Made by a program: the position numbers and the translations under genes. The notes under the pieces were generated by a model. The model worked only from the letters and a program-made list of their open reading frames with translations. It had not been told where the DNA came from and did no database searches. From a virus: a stretch of DNA of 64,000 nt. The stretch is taken from positions 62,211-126,210 of the IMG/VR virus record IMGVR_UViG_3300007512_000009; one strand, written 5' to 3'. Below, in pieces: positions 12,384 to 22,367 of this stretch. Position 1 is the stretch's first letter. The number at the start of each line of letters is the position of its first letter.

Positions 12384-13796
12384 ATGATACTTAATGAATT
12401 CGCACCCGACCCTACTGCTATTGCTGAGCAGTTAAAGGAAAAATGGTCACCGATTTTGGACCACAATGATGTTGAGCCAATCAAAGACCATTATCGGAGA
12501 AATGTAACAGCAATATTGCTTGAAAACCAAGAACAAGCAATGATGTCAGATAACATGCTCTTTGAGCAGCCTGCTAATAAAATCGCAGCCGCACCTACTA
12601 CTGGTGGTGTTGCAACTTGGGACCCTGTATTAATTTCACTAGTACGTCGTTCAATGCCTAACTTAATGGCATACGATATTTGCGGTGTTCAACCAATGAC
12701 TGGACCAACTGGTCTGATTTTTGCTATGAAAGCAAAATACACAAGTCAAGGTGGTACAGAAGCATGGCCAATAAACATTGATACCGACTTCAGTGGTGCA
12801 ACTGCAGCCTACGGTGCTGACGGTACAGACCCATTGGGTGCAGGTACAACTCAGGGCCTTGGTGCAACAAATGCCGCTGAGCCTGGAAATGGTATGTCAA
12901 CAACTGCTGTTGAAGGTGAAACTGCATTCAACCAAATGGCATTCGAAATTGCTCGTACATCAGTTACAGCAAAATCACGTGCTTTGAAAGCAGAATATAC
13001 AACTGAACTCGCTCAAGATTTGAAAGCAGTTCATGGTCTTGACGCAGAAACTGAACTTGCTAATATTCTTAGCAGTCAAATTCTCTCTGAAATCAACCGA
13101 GAAGTTATTCGTACACTGTATGTAAATGCTAAACTTGGTGCACAAAACAGCGATTTGGTCTACTGCGGTGCTAGTGACTCAGATACATTGGGTGCAAGTG
13201 CAGCCAACTTCGGTGTTAGCACCGCAAGTGGTATCGGTGGTATTTACGACGTGACACTCGACTCAGATGGTCGATGGAGTGCTGAACGATTCCGTGGTCT
13301 TCTTTTCCAAATCGAAAGAGAATGCAACCAAATCGCTAAAGACACTCGTCGTGGTAAAGGTAACATTGTATTGTGTTCATCAGATGTTGCATCTGCACTC
13401 GCTATGGGTGGATTCTTGCAACTATCAGGTGGTGATGCAGGTAACTTGAATGTAGACGATATGGGTAATACCCTTGCAGGTACTATCGGTGGTGGTCGCA
13501 TTAAAGTTTATGTTGACCCATATGCTACAATTAACTACGTAATTTGTGGTTATCGAGGTTCAGGTGCTTACGATGCTGGAATGTTCTACTGCCCATACGT
13601 CCCACTACAAATGGTACGTGCGGTTGGTGAAAACAGTTTCCAACCTAAGATTGGTTTCAAAACTCGCTACGGATTGGTAAATAACCCATTCGTTGGTGCG
13701 TCATATAGTGACCCAAGTGACAGTACATCAAACCGTCGTAACCAATACTACAGAATTTTCCGAGTTGATTCACTACACGGTGGTCTAACTGCTTGA
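12384..13796 (+). CDS. gp23: Major capsid protein gp23
   Basis: LISLVRRSMPNLMAYDICGVQPM, KSRALKAEYTTELAQDLKAVHGLDAE, GFKTRYG. Confidence 0.98.
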   Translation: MILNEFAPDPTAIAEQLKEKWSPILDHNDVEPIKDHYRRNVTAILLENQEQAMMSDNMLFEQPANKIAAAPTTGGVATWDPVLISLVRRSMPNLMAYDICGVQPMTGPTGLIFAMKAKYTSQGGTEAWPINIDTDFSGATAAYGADGTDPLGAGTTQGLGATNAAEPGNGMSTTAVEGETAFNQMAFEIARTSVTAKSRALKAEYTTELAQDLKAVHGLDAETELANILSSQILSEINREVIRTLYVNAKLGAQNSDLVYCGASDSDTLGASAANFGVSTASGIGGIYDVTLDSDGRWSAERFRGLLFQIERECNQIAKDTRRGKGNIVLCSSDVASALAMGGFLQLSGGDAGNLNVDDMGNTLAGTIGGGRIKVYVDPYATINYVICGYRGSGAYDAGMFYCPYVPLQMVRAVGENSFQPKIGFKTRYGLVNNPFVGASYSDPSDSTSNRRNQYYRIFRVDSLHGGLTA

Positions 13797-13826
13797 TTCT
13801 GGTTAATAGTTATTAAATTCAAAATT

Positions 13827-13856
13827 GGGGTGTTCTTTTTGGAACACCCCTTTTTT
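13827..13856 (+). terminator. Rho-independent terminator after gp23
   Basis: GGGGTGTTC-tttttg-GAACACCCC followed by T6. Confidence 0.9.
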
Positions 13857-13857
13857 G

Positions 13858-13865
13858 TATAAATA
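13858..13865 (+). promoter_or_regulatory. Late promoter TATAAATA upstream of 13910 ORF and gp3
   Basis: Exact consensus just after the terminator. Confidence 0.85.
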
Positions 13866-13909
13866 CCTAGTAGCAGTTTTTAGTAAATATATGATAGGAG
13901 TTCATAAAA

Positions 13910-14149
13910 ATGGCATATGACATGTATAGTAGAGTAGAAACAATAACCCCGCACGACACTGATGGTGAATATGGGTATAAAGGTTTTATAGTTAATACTG
14001 GTGGCACCGCCTATATTGACCCCATGCACAATGGTAACGGTGGGACAAACTGTAAAATAAACCTGACGGCCGGTATTGTCTATCCGATTGGAATTTCCAG
14101 AATTAGAGCAACTGGTACTAGTGCAGAAGGGTTTTTAGGTCTAAAGTAA
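13910..14149 (+). CDS. Small beta protein resembling the RcGTA head-spike base (Rcc01079-like) decoration protein
   Basis: ITPHD...VNTGG...GIVYPIGISRIRATGTSA..LGL pattern; directly after gp23. Confidence 0.6.
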   Translation: MAYDMYSRVETITPHDTDGEYGYKGFIVNTGGTAYIDPMHNGNGGTNCKINLTAGIVYPIGISRIRATGTSAEGFLGLK

Positions 14150-14150
14150 T

Positions 14151-14708
14151 ATGGCGATAACTGCAGGAATAACTGCAGGTGATTTGCCGGGCGTTCCACC
14201 AACTTTACCTGCTGATATAAACTTAAGACAACCTAGCAACAGTAGTTTTCTTCATCCAACTGCTTTTAGGTTTTATGTTAGCAGAGTACCTGCTGTTACT
14301 TATTTCTGTCAAGCAGTAAATATCCCAAGTCTTGAAATCGAAGAAATACCTTTCACCACAACTATGGCAATACACAAAGAAATAGGGGGTAACGTAGCAT
14401 ATGGTGCCCTTACTGCACGTGTACTAGTAGATGAAAATATGGAAACTTGGAGAGGTATGCACGACTGGATGAGGGATATATCAAAATTCGATAACGACCT
14501 AGAAATAATTGATGACGAAGACCATAGATGTGACCTCAGGCTGTTGGTGTTGACTAATGGTATGAATGCTAATGTGGAATTTACTTTCAAACAATGCTGG
14601 CCGTCCTCACTGGGTGAAATTAATTTTGATAGTGCTGTTACAGACCTTGAAAATCTTAGTTTTGATATAACATTTTCTTACAATTCTTTTTCAGTTAAGA
14701 AATTCTAA
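14151..14708 (+). CDS. gp3: Tail completion/tube terminator gp3
   Basis: FLHPTAFRF, VTYFCQAVNIP, LVDENMETW; synteny gp23-gp3-uvsY-uvsW. Confidence 0.85.
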   Translation: MAITAGITAGDLPGVPPTLPADINLRQPSNSSFLHPTAFRFYVSRVPAVTYFCQAVNIPSLEIEEIPFTTTMAIHKEIGGNVAYGALTARVLVDENMETWRGMHDWMRDISKFDNDLEIIDDEDHRCDLRLLVLTNGMNANVEFTFKQCWPSSLGEINFDSAVTDLENLSFDITFSYNSFSVKKF

Positions 14709-14713
14709 CAATA

Positions 14714-14742
14714 TTGATTTAGTCCAGCCATTATGATATAAT
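14714..14742 (+). promoter_or_regulatory. Sigma70-type promoter (GCC-spacer class) for uvsY
   Basis: TTGATT-tagtccAGCCattaTGa-TATAAT, 17-nt spacer. Confidence 0.8.
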
Positions 14743-14773
14743 AAAAATCCTAGAAATATTATGGAGAGTGTGT

Positions 14774-15211
14774 ATGGATTTTGATAAATTGAAAAAAATG
14801 GTTGAGAAAGATTCTATTGTGGACGGCACTGAACTTGATATAGAGTCACTAAAGTTACCTCAATTACATAACAAATACCTAAATCTGCTACAAGACGAAA
14901 AATTGATTTTAAGAAAGTTAGTTTCAGAGAAGAACAATTTGTATCGTCTTAAGTGGGAATATTACACTGGTAAAATGAGCAAGGAAGAAATGGATAACCT
15001 AGAGTGGGAGCCCTTCCAACTTAACGTTCTTAAAAAAGATATTAACATATATCTAGAATCTGACACAGGGTTGTCTATTATAAGGGACAGAATTGCTTAC
15101 CATGAGGTGATATTAGAATTTTTAGAAGAAACTCTTAAAGAATTAAACACAAGACATTGGAAAATTAGAAATGCTATCGAGTGGAGAAAGTTTACCTCAG
15201 GTGGTTTCTAA
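14774..15211 (+). CDS. uvsY: Recombination mediator UvsY
   Basis: ELDIESLKLPQLHNKY, KWEYYTGK, WKIRNAIEWRKF; ATG 7 nt after GGAG. Confidence 0.92.
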   Translation: MDFDKLKKMVEKDSIVDGTELDIESLKLPQLHNKYLNLLQDEKLILRKLVSEKNNLYRLKWEYYTGKMSKEEMDNLEWEPFQLNVLKKDINIYLESDTGLSIIRDRIAYHEVILEFLEETLKELNTRHWKIRNAIEWRKFTSGGF

Positions 15212-15213
15212 CA

Positions 15214-16710
15214 ATGATAAAAATCATTAAAAAAGACGATGTAACATTTAAGGTAGAATGTGAAGAAAGAAGTATTATTAAAGAATTATCTCAATTTTTC
15301 ACATTTACAGTGCCTGGTGCTGAATATATGCCGGCATACAGGAGCAGAAAATGGGATGGGAAAATAAAACTATTCAATATCCATACACAAGAGTTGTATG
15401 TCGGTTTGCGTAATTACCTAAAGAGATTTTGTGATGATAGAGGGTATGAGTTTGACGATTTTATACAAACAGAATCTAAAAGAAATGCTAAATTTGAAAC
15501 AATACGTTCCTATATAGATAATCATTTAAAACCGAATGCATTAGGTAAACCAATAAAAGCACACGACCATCAAATTGATGCGATTCAACATGCAATTAAT
15601 ACAAACCGTTGTTCTCTATTATCACCAACTGGTTCTGGGAAAAGTTTAATTATCTATTCGTTGATGCGTTATTATCTAGATAATATCCCAGAAAACAAAA
15701 AAGTCCTTATTATTGTACCCACAACATCTCTTGTTTCTCAAATGTATTCAGACTTTGAAGAATACTCAGAAAAAAACGGATGGGATGTCAAAAACAACTG
15801 TCATATGGTAATGGCGGGGAGAGATAAAACCCACCCAGAAAGACGAGTAATTATTTCAACGTGGCAATCAATTTATAAATTAGACAAAAAGTATTTTTCT
15901 CAATACAATGCAGTTTTTGGTGACGAGTGTCATTTATTTAAATCCAAATCTTTAACATCAATAATGTCTAAAATGACAAACTGTCCGTACCGATTCGGTA
16001 CTACTGGTACTTTAGATGGAACTAAAGTCCATAGATTAGTAATTGAGGGGTTGTTTGGACCAGTATATAAGGTAACATCAACAGAAAATTTAATTCAAAA
16101 AAACATACTATCAGATTTTGAGATTAATTGTGTTCTACTAAAACACCCAGAGGATTTTAGAAAAAAATATAAGCGAGTAACCTATCAAGAAGAAATGGAT
16201 GCACTTTTAGACTGTAAAAAAAGAAACGCATTTATTACAAAATTAACTACTTCTCTTAAAGGGAATACTCTAGTATTATTTCAATATGTTCAGAAACATG
16301 GTAGACCGTTATTCGAATCGATTCAGAATCAAGTAAACAACCGAAAAATATTTTTCGTATATGGCAACACCCCCACAGAAATACGAGAAGACATACGCAA
16401 AATTGTAGAGGAAGAAAACAATGCAATCATCGTCGCATCATATGGAACTTTTTCAACAGGTATCTCTATTAGGAAACTACACAACATCGTGTTTGCCTCC
16501 CCCTCAAAATCAAGAATCCGTGTACTACAATCAATTGGTAGGCAACTTCGGAAGTCTGAACATAAAGAAAAAGCACGGCTATACGATATCTCAGATGACA
16601 TACGATGGAAAAAATATAAAAACCACACTTACCGACACTATGAAGAAAGATTAAAAATATACGATTCCGAAAATTTTTCTATAAAAAAGGCCTTTATAAA
16701 TATTAAGTAG
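15214..16710 (+). CDS. uvsW: DNA helicase UvsW
   Basis: WDGKIKLF, SPTGSGKS, GDECH, QSIGRQLR. Confidence 0.96.
   Translation: MIKIIKKDDVTFKVECEERSIIKELSQFFTFTVPGAEYMPAYRSRKWDGKIKLFNIHTQELYVGLRNYLKRFCDDRGYEFDDFIQTESKRNAKFETIRSYIDNHLKPNALGKPIKAHDHQIDAIQHAINTNRCSLLSPTGSGKSLIIYSLMRYYLDNIPENKKVLIIVPTTSLVSQMYSDFEEYSEKNGWDVKNNCHMVMAGRDKTHPERRVIISTWQSIYKLDKKYFSQYNAVFGDECHLFKSKSLTSIMSKMTNCPYRFGTTGTLDGTKVHRLVIEGLFGPVYKVTSTENLIQKNILSDFEINCVLLKHPEDFRKKYKRVTYQEEMDALLDCKKRNAFITKLTTSLKGNTLVLFQYVQKHGRPLFESIQNQVNNRKIFFVYGNTPTEIREDIRKIVEEENNAIIVASYGTFSTGISIRKLHNIVFASPSKSRIRVLQSIGRQLRKSEHKEKARLYDISDDIRWKKYKNHTYRHYEERLKIYDSENFSIKKAFINIK
16695..16702 (+). promoter_or_regulatory. Possible late promoter TATAAATA at end of uvsW
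   Basis: Exact consensus 37 nt before ORF 16739. Confidence 0.5.
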
Positions 16711-16738
16711 AAGTGTCTAAACAGGAGGCTCTTAACCA

Positions 16739-17308
16739 ATGTCTGAAAACAGAAGTTATAGAATTGTAAGACTGGTAAATGGTGACAAACTTATTGCTAA
16801 AATTACAGGTTCGAACAAAAGTAAACTATTTTTAGAAAGACCTATGGTTATTGAAGAAATAATCGGTACTCAATCCATTAATTCCCAATTTGCTATCAAG
16901 AGGGAATTCCTTGTATTAGTAAACTGGATAGAATTCTCTAAAAGTAACGTGGTAGGTATACCTAAAGAACACGTACTTACAATATATGACCCAGATGAGT
17001 TAGTTACAAATGCCTATAATACACAAAAAGAAAGAGAAGACACTGGACTTGATGAGTTAAAATCTCTTCTTTCTGATGAAAACAACGAATCATATGATTC
17101 CCAGTACCAGTCTGACATTTCAGACATTGTAAACGACATAGTTAATGGTAATATTCAAAATTTCATGATTAAACATGAAGAAAACTCCAACGATGAAGAT
17201 TGGTCTGATATCGATATCGACAAAGGTAGAAATGATTATGGTAATGAATTGAGTGATTGGTCGCCCTATCTCGAAGATTATTTTCGCAACGAAGAAGACG
17301 AATTTTAA
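16739..17308 (+). CDS. Conserved T4-like hypothetical protein (Sm-like N-terminus, acidic tail)
   Basis: IVRLVNGDKLIAKI N-terminus; usual position before gp55. Confidence 0.6.
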   Translation: MSENRSYRIVRLVNGDKLIAKITGSNKSKLFLERPMVIEEIIGTQSINSQFAIKREFLVLVNWIEFSKSNVVGIPKEHVLTIYDPDELVTNAYNTQKEREDTGLDELKSLLSDENNESYDSQYQSDISDIVNDIVNGNIQNFMIKHEENSNDEDWSDIDIDKGRNDYGNELSDWSPYLEDYFRNEEDEF

Positions 17309-17372
17309 GACTTAAACTTTTTTCACAAAACTACACCAGTATTTATTCATTGTTTCCAAAATTTGTCAAGTA

Positions 17373-17401
17373 TTGACAACTAGGGTCCGTTGAGGTACAA
17401 T
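17373..17401 (+). promoter_or_regulatory. Sigma70-type promoter for gp55
   Basis: TTGACA-17-TACAAT; GTCC in place of GCC. Confidence 0.8.
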
Positions 17402-17422
17402 AAGTACATAAAAGGAGAAGCA

Positions 17423-18049
17423 ATGAGTAAAAAGAAAAAGACAACTACTAGCAAGAAAAAGAAAAATCCTGCACATTATGTTGACAACCAAGAATTTCAT
17501 GCGGCCCTATGTGTATGGAAAGATAAAGTTGTTGAAGCAGATGAATGTGGTGAACCTAGACCACCTATTCCCAACTACATAGGTGAATGTTTTCTAAAAA
17601 TGTCTGAAGGTTTATCAAGGAGGGCATGTTTTATTAACTACGATTTTAGAGAAGAAATGGTTGGTGATGCTATTGAAAATTGTATACTCTATGCACACAA
17701 TTTTAAAAAAGAAGGTAAAAATCCCTTTGCATATTTTACCCAGATGATGTATTATGCCTTTTTAAGAAGGATACAAAAAGAAAAGAAGCAAATGTACATT
17801 AAATATAAGTTAGTAGAACAATCGGACGAGATGCACAACTACATGGGGTGGAATGACAAAGACCCACATGAGAGGTTGAGTCCCCAAAAAGTGTTTGGTG
17901 TTACTGAAAACGACATAGATAAATTTTCACCAAAAACTAAAAAGAAAGCCAAAAAGAAAGCCAAAAAGAAAACTACCTCTAGTAAGAAGAAAGTCACAAA
18001 GAAGAAGACTAATAACAAAGGTGGCACTTTAGATGATTTTGCTAGTTAA
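17423..18049 (+). CDS. gp55: Late-transcription sigma factor gp55
   Basis: HYVDNQEF, YIGECFLK, FINYDFREEMVGDAIENC, NPFAYFTQ; AAGGAG RBS. Confidence 0.96.
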   Translation: MSKKKKTTTSKKKKNPAHYVDNQEFHAALCVWKDKVVEADECGEPRPPIPNYIGECFLKMSEGLSRRACFINYDFREEMVGDAIENCILYAHNFKKEGKNPFAYFTQMMYYAFLRRIQKEKKQMYIKYKLVEQSDEMHNYMGWNDKDPHERLSPQKVFGVTENDIDKFSPKTKKKAKKKAKKKTTSSKKKVTKKKTNNKGGTLDDFAS

Positions 18050-18066
18050 TAAGGATATTTTAAAAT

Positions 18067-19131
18067 ATGAAAATTGCTTTAGTCACTGACACCCATTTTG
18101 GGGCCCGTAACGATAATCAACTGTTTTTAGATAATTTTACATCGTTTTTTGAAGATATTTTCTTTCCTACCCTGAAAAAATATGACATAACTACTGTAAT
18201 TCATGCGGGAGATTTATTAGATAGAAGAAAATACATTAACTTCAACACTCTTTCAAAAGTTAGAAATAAATTTATGCAACCTTTAAAAGACATGAATGTT
18301 GAAGTCCACTGTATATTAGGTAATCATGACACCTACTACAAAAATACTAATGATTTGAATTCTATAAAAGAGTTGTTTTCAGACAGATACGATAATTTCA
18401 AACTTTATGAAAATCCAGTTGCTTTAGAATTTGATGGTATGGAAATAGCATTGTTACCGTGGATAAACAACGAAAATTATAAAAATAGTATGGACTTTGT
18501 TAATTCAACCAGTGCACAGTGGTTGATTGGACATCTTGAGTTGGATGGATATGAGGTGCTTCGTGGTATCAAATACGACGGTGGAATGAGTCCCAAGAAT
18601 TTTAGCAGATTTGAACAAGTTTTAAGCGGTCATTTTCATTGTAAACAAGAAAAAGGTAACATAATATATTTGGGTGCACCTTATCAGATTACATTTTCAG
18701 ATGTGAATGAACCTAAAGGTTTTTGGATTTTAGACACCGACACTAGAGAATTAGAGTTTATTAAAAACGACCAGAAGTTATTTTATACTTTAAGTTATGA
18801 TGATATCAAATATGACTATAGTAAATTTATTTCTGAAAATCACCCTAAATATAGGGATACATATGTAAAAATTTATGTAATAAATAAAGAAAAACCCTAC
18901 ATTTTAGATAGAGTTATAGATTCTTTATATAATAGCGGTGTTTATGATTTAAGTATAGTTGAGGATGTAGATAATACAATAACCAATAGTATAGACAGTC
19001 AAAAGGTAGACATTACCAAATCTACACTTGAGTTAATTTATGAAGAAGTAGATAATCTTGAAGATATTAAAGATTCTAACACAGTAAAACAACTAATTAA
19101 AGAACTTTATATGGAATCTTTAACGGTATAA
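18067..19131 (+). CDS. gp47: Recombination nuclease subunit gp47 (Mre11/SbcD-like)
   Basis: DTHFGARND, GDLLDRRK, GNHD, SGHFH. Confidence 0.96.
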   Translation: MKIALVTDTHFGARNDNQLFLDNFTSFFEDIFFPTLKKYDITTVIHAGDLLDRRKYINFNTLSKVRNKFMQPLKDMNVEVHCILGNHDTYYKNTNDLNSIKELFSDRYDNFKLYENPVALEFDGMEIALLPWINNENYKNSMDFVNSTSAQWLIGHLELDGYEVLRGIKYDGGMSPKNFSRFEQVLSGHFHCKQEKGNIIYLGAPYQITFSDVNEPKGFWILDTDTRELEFIKNDQKLFYTLSYDDIKYDYSKFISENHPKYRDTYVKIYVINKEKPYILDRVIDSLYNSGVYDLSIVEDVDNTITNSIDSQKVDITKSTLELIYEEVDNLEDIKDSNTVKQLIKELYMESLTV

Positions 19132-19161
19132 TTAAAGAAAAATGGAAAAAGGTAGCAATTA

Positions 19162-20565
19162 ATGAACGAGTATATTTCGCCCCTAAGTAACCGATATGGG
19201 TCAGATGATATGAAATACATCTGGTCAGAGCAAAACAAAATAATGACTTGGAGACACCTATGGTGTGCTTTAGCAGAAACACAAAAAGAACTTGGTGTCA
19301 GCATTATCACTGATAATCAACTTAAAGAAATGAAGGATGCAGTAAATAAAATAGACCTTTCTGCAATCCAAAATTACGAATCCAAAACGAAACACGATGT
19401 AGTAGCAAATATTCATGCGTTTGGTGCAATTGCAACTAATGCTAAACCAATTATTCATCTTGGGGCTACTAGTCAATTTGTGGTTGATAATGCAGAATCC
19501 ATTATGGTGAGAGATTCGTTGGTCAAACTCATTATAAAAACAGCAGAAGTAATCGATAGTCTATCGAATTTTGCTCTAGACAATGCAAATCTACCAACAG
19601 TTGGTTTAACCCATCTACAACCTGCACAACCAACTACAGTTGGAAAAAGAGCAACAATGTGGATTCAAGATTTTGTTACTACAATAGAAGACTTGGGTTT
19701 TAGACTAGATAAGATTAAGTTCAGAGGCGCAAAAGGTACTACAGGAACACAAGCATCGTTTTTAAATTTGTTTAATGGTGATGCTGAAAAGGTGCAAATT
19801 ATGGATGAAATGATTGCATCCAAACTTGGATTTGACCAATCTAGTCTATCAAGAATTATTGGACAATCAGCCCCAAGAATAAACGATGTATTATTAGTTT
19901 CATCTGTTTGTCTTATTGCATCTGCAGCCAGCAAATTTGCAAACGATATCCGTATTTTGAGTAGCAAAAGGGAAATATCAGAAGGTTTTGATTCAAATAA
20001 CCAAGTTGGTTCGTCTGCAATGGCATATAAGCAAAATCCAATCATCTGTGAAAAAATTTGTTCACTATCACGATATCTAATATCTCTTGTTCAAAATCCA
20101 TATCATACTGCAGCCAGCCAATGGATGGAAAGAACTTTGGATGATTCAGCAAATAAGAGATTATTATTACCAGAAGTTTTTATTATAGCAGATGAGATTT
20201 TAGATTCGGTATTTAAGGTGGTAAATAATATGGTAGTAAACACTAATATGATACGTAAACACTATGAAGAAGAGTTACCTTTCTTTATTACTGAAAATGT
20301 TGTAATTGAAGCAGTCAAAAAGAACGGTGTAGATAGACAGGTAGCACATGAGGAAATTAGAAAATTAGCAATAGATACCAAAGGTCGTGTTAATGCTGGT
20401 AAAACTAACAATTTAATATATAGAATTTCTAGGAAAAAGATTTTTAAAGATATAAATGTTAGAGAGATGTTAGATTTAAAATATACTGGGCTAGCAGAGG
20501 AACAAACTAAATGGTATATTCAAAATATAGTTGCACCAGTTAAAAGGCTATATTTAAACAAATAA
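19162..20565 (+). CDS. purB: Adenylosuccinate lyase (long form)
   Basis: SPLSNRYGS, HDVVA, IHLGATSQ, THLQPAQPTTVGKR, GTTGTQASF, signature SSAMAYKQNP. Confidence 0.95.
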   Translation: MNEYISPLSNRYGSDDMKYIWSEQNKIMTWRHLWCALAETQKELGVSIITDNQLKEMKDAVNKIDLSAIQNYESKTKHDVVANIHAFGAIATNAKPIIHLGATSQFVVDNAESIMVRDSLVKLIIKTAEVIDSLSNFALDNANLPTVGLTHLQPAQPTTVGKRATMWIQDFVTTIEDLGFRLDKIKFRGAKGTTGTQASFLNLFNGDAEKVQIMDEMIASKLGFDQSSLSRIIGQSAPRINDVLLVSSVCLIASAASKFANDIRILSSKREISEGFDSNNQVGSSAMAYKQNPIICEKICSLSRYLISLVQNPYHTAASQWMERTLDDSANKRLLLPEVFIIADEILDSVFKVVNNMVVNTNMIRKHYEEELPFFITENVVIEAVKKNGVDRQVAHEEIRKLAIDTKGRVNAGKTNNLIYRISRKKIFKDINVREMLDLKYTGLAEEQTKWYIQNIVAPVKRLYLNK

Positions 20566-20568
20566 TAA

Positions 20569-20597
20569 TTGATTGCGATGAGCCTATCTGATATAAT
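20569..20597 (+). promoter_or_regulatory. Sigma70-type promoter (GCC-spacer class) for gp46
   Basis: TTGATT-gcgatgAGCCtatcTGa-TATAAT; ATG 9 nt after the -10 box. Confidence 0.8.
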
Positions 20598-20606
20598 GTA
20601 TTTAAG

Positions 20607-22367
20607 ATGTTAATATTTAAAAAATTATCATGGAAGAATTTTCTATCCACTGGTAATGTACCTATAGAGGTATATTTAGACAAGTATAATACTACTTTAA
20701 TATCTGGTGATAATGGGGCGGGAAAATCTACGATGCTAGATGCTCTGACCTTTTCTCTATTTGGTAGTTCTTTTAGGGGGATATCACTTAGTGGTAGAAG
20801 AAAAATCGCTAACACAGTAAACAGCGTAAATGAAAAAGATTGTATGGTAGAAGTAGAATTTTATACCAACAATCATGAATATAAAGTCGTTCGTGGTTTA
20901 AAACCAAAGATTTTTGAAATTTATAAAGATGGGGTATTAGTTCCTCAAGAAGCAACTGTATTAGACTACCAAAAAATCCTAGAAGAACAAATATTAAAGA
21001 TGTCATATAAGGCATTTTGTCAAATTGTTATTTTGGGTTCTTCAAATTATACACCGTTTATGAAATTGTCTGCTAAGGATAGACGAAACATCGTTGAAGA
21101 TTTATTAGACATTAATATATTTTCTGTGATGAATAACTTGCTAAGGTCTAGAGTTTCAGAGAATAAAATTAAATTATCGGATGTGGTTAATCAAATCAAT
21201 GTAATCAAATCAAAGATAGATGGTCATAAAAACCTAATAAACAAAATGGAAGAGAAATCTAAAGAATCTGTGCAAGGTTACAAAGAAGAATTGGATACGA
21301 CCAACAATCAAATTGAAGATTTAGAAAAAAATATAAAAGAATATCAAAGTCAAATTGACGAATTTATGAAAGAAATTGGGGATGAAAATTCTCTTTCTTC
21401 TAAACTCCTGAAAGCAGAATCTATAGAAAAGCAACTTGTATTCAGTATAAAAAAGAATAAGAAGGATATAGATTTTTATGAGGATAACAACTCATGTCCA
21501 GTATGTGACCAAAACATAGATGATGAGATAAAAAAGGATAAGATTGATGCAAAAAATGTCAAAATAAAAGAATTGGAAGATGCAGTAGACCAAATCAGTA
21601 AAACCATAAATGATACAGGTGAGTTACTGAGCAAAGTAAATTCTACATTGAAAGATGTGAGAGTAGTCGAGGATAAAATATCAGAGTCCAATAATAATAT
21701 ATCAGTTTGTAATAGGTATATAACCAAAATAAATGACAACATTAAAGAAATAACAGAAGACAAAGAAGACTTACAAACAGAAAGAGAATCTTTAGTAAAA
21801 CTGGAATCAGAACATAATATTTTAGATTTAGAGAGAAGAGAGATGGTAAGTTTTAGAGAGAATCTTGAAACTGTGAGTTCTCTATTAAAAGATACAGGTA
21901 TCAAGTCTAAAATAATCGGTTATTATTTACCAATAATGAATAAATTGATTAACCAGTATTTGTCCTCTATGGGGTTTTTTTGTCAGTTTACATTAGACGA
22001 GAACTTCGATGAAACAATTAAAAGTAGATATAGGGATGACTTTACTTATTTCAACTTTAGTGAAGGTGAAAGATTGAGAATAGACCTCTCTCTTTTGCTT
22101 GCTTGGAGAGAAATAGCAAGACTTAAGAACAGCGTTAACTGCAACCTCTTATTATTGGATGAAGTTTTCGATTCCAGTCTTGATATGGTTGGTACAGAGG
22201 AGTTTTTGAAAATATTGAATAGCCTCGGTAATAAAGCAAATGTGTTTGTTATAACACATAAAGCAGACCAACTTATTGATAAATTCCAAAATAATATACA
22301 TTTTATAAAGAAAGGTAACTTCAGTGAAATCAAATTTAACATGCACAAACCAGAAGACAATGGTTGA
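20607..22367 (+). CDS. gp46: Recombination ATPase gp46 (Rad50/SbcC-like)
   Basis: WKNFLSTGN, GDNGAGKST, CPVC hook, FSEGERLRID, LLDEVFD. Confidence 0.96.
   Translation: MLIFKKLSWKNFLSTGNVPIEVYLDKYNTTLISGDNGAGKSTMLDALTFSLFGSSFRGISLSGRRKIANTVNSVNEKDCMVEVEFYTNNHEYKVVRGLKPKIFEIYKDGVLVPQEATVLDYQKILEEQILKMSYKAFCQIVILGSSNYTPFMKLSAKDRRNIVEDLLDINIFSVMNNLLRSRVSENKIKLSDVVNQINVIKSKIDGHKNLINKMEEKSKESVQGYKEELDTTNNQIEDLEKNIKEYQSQIDEFMKEIGDENSLSSKLLKAESIEKQLVFSIKKNKKDIDFYEDNNSCPVCDQNIDDEIKKDKIDAKNVKIKELEDAVDQISKTINDTGELLSKVNSTLKDVRVVEDKISESNNNISVCNRYITKINDNIKEITEDKEDLQTERESLVKLESEHNILDLERREMVSFRENLETVSSLLKDTGIKSKIIGYYLPIMNKLINQYLSSMGFFCQFTLDENFDETIKSRYRDDFTYFNFSEGERLRIDLSLLLAWREIARLKNSVNCNLLLLDEVFDSSLDMVGTEEFLKILNSLGNKANVFVITHKADQLIDKFQNNIHFIKKGNFSEIKFNMHKPEDNG

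Noticed and set aside
19162-20565. purB as part of a 2-aminoadenine (Z-genome) pathway
   Set aside because: No purZ, datZ or mazZ in the window. Avoidance of A-containing restriction sites (GATC, AGCT) would be unnecessary in Z-DNA.
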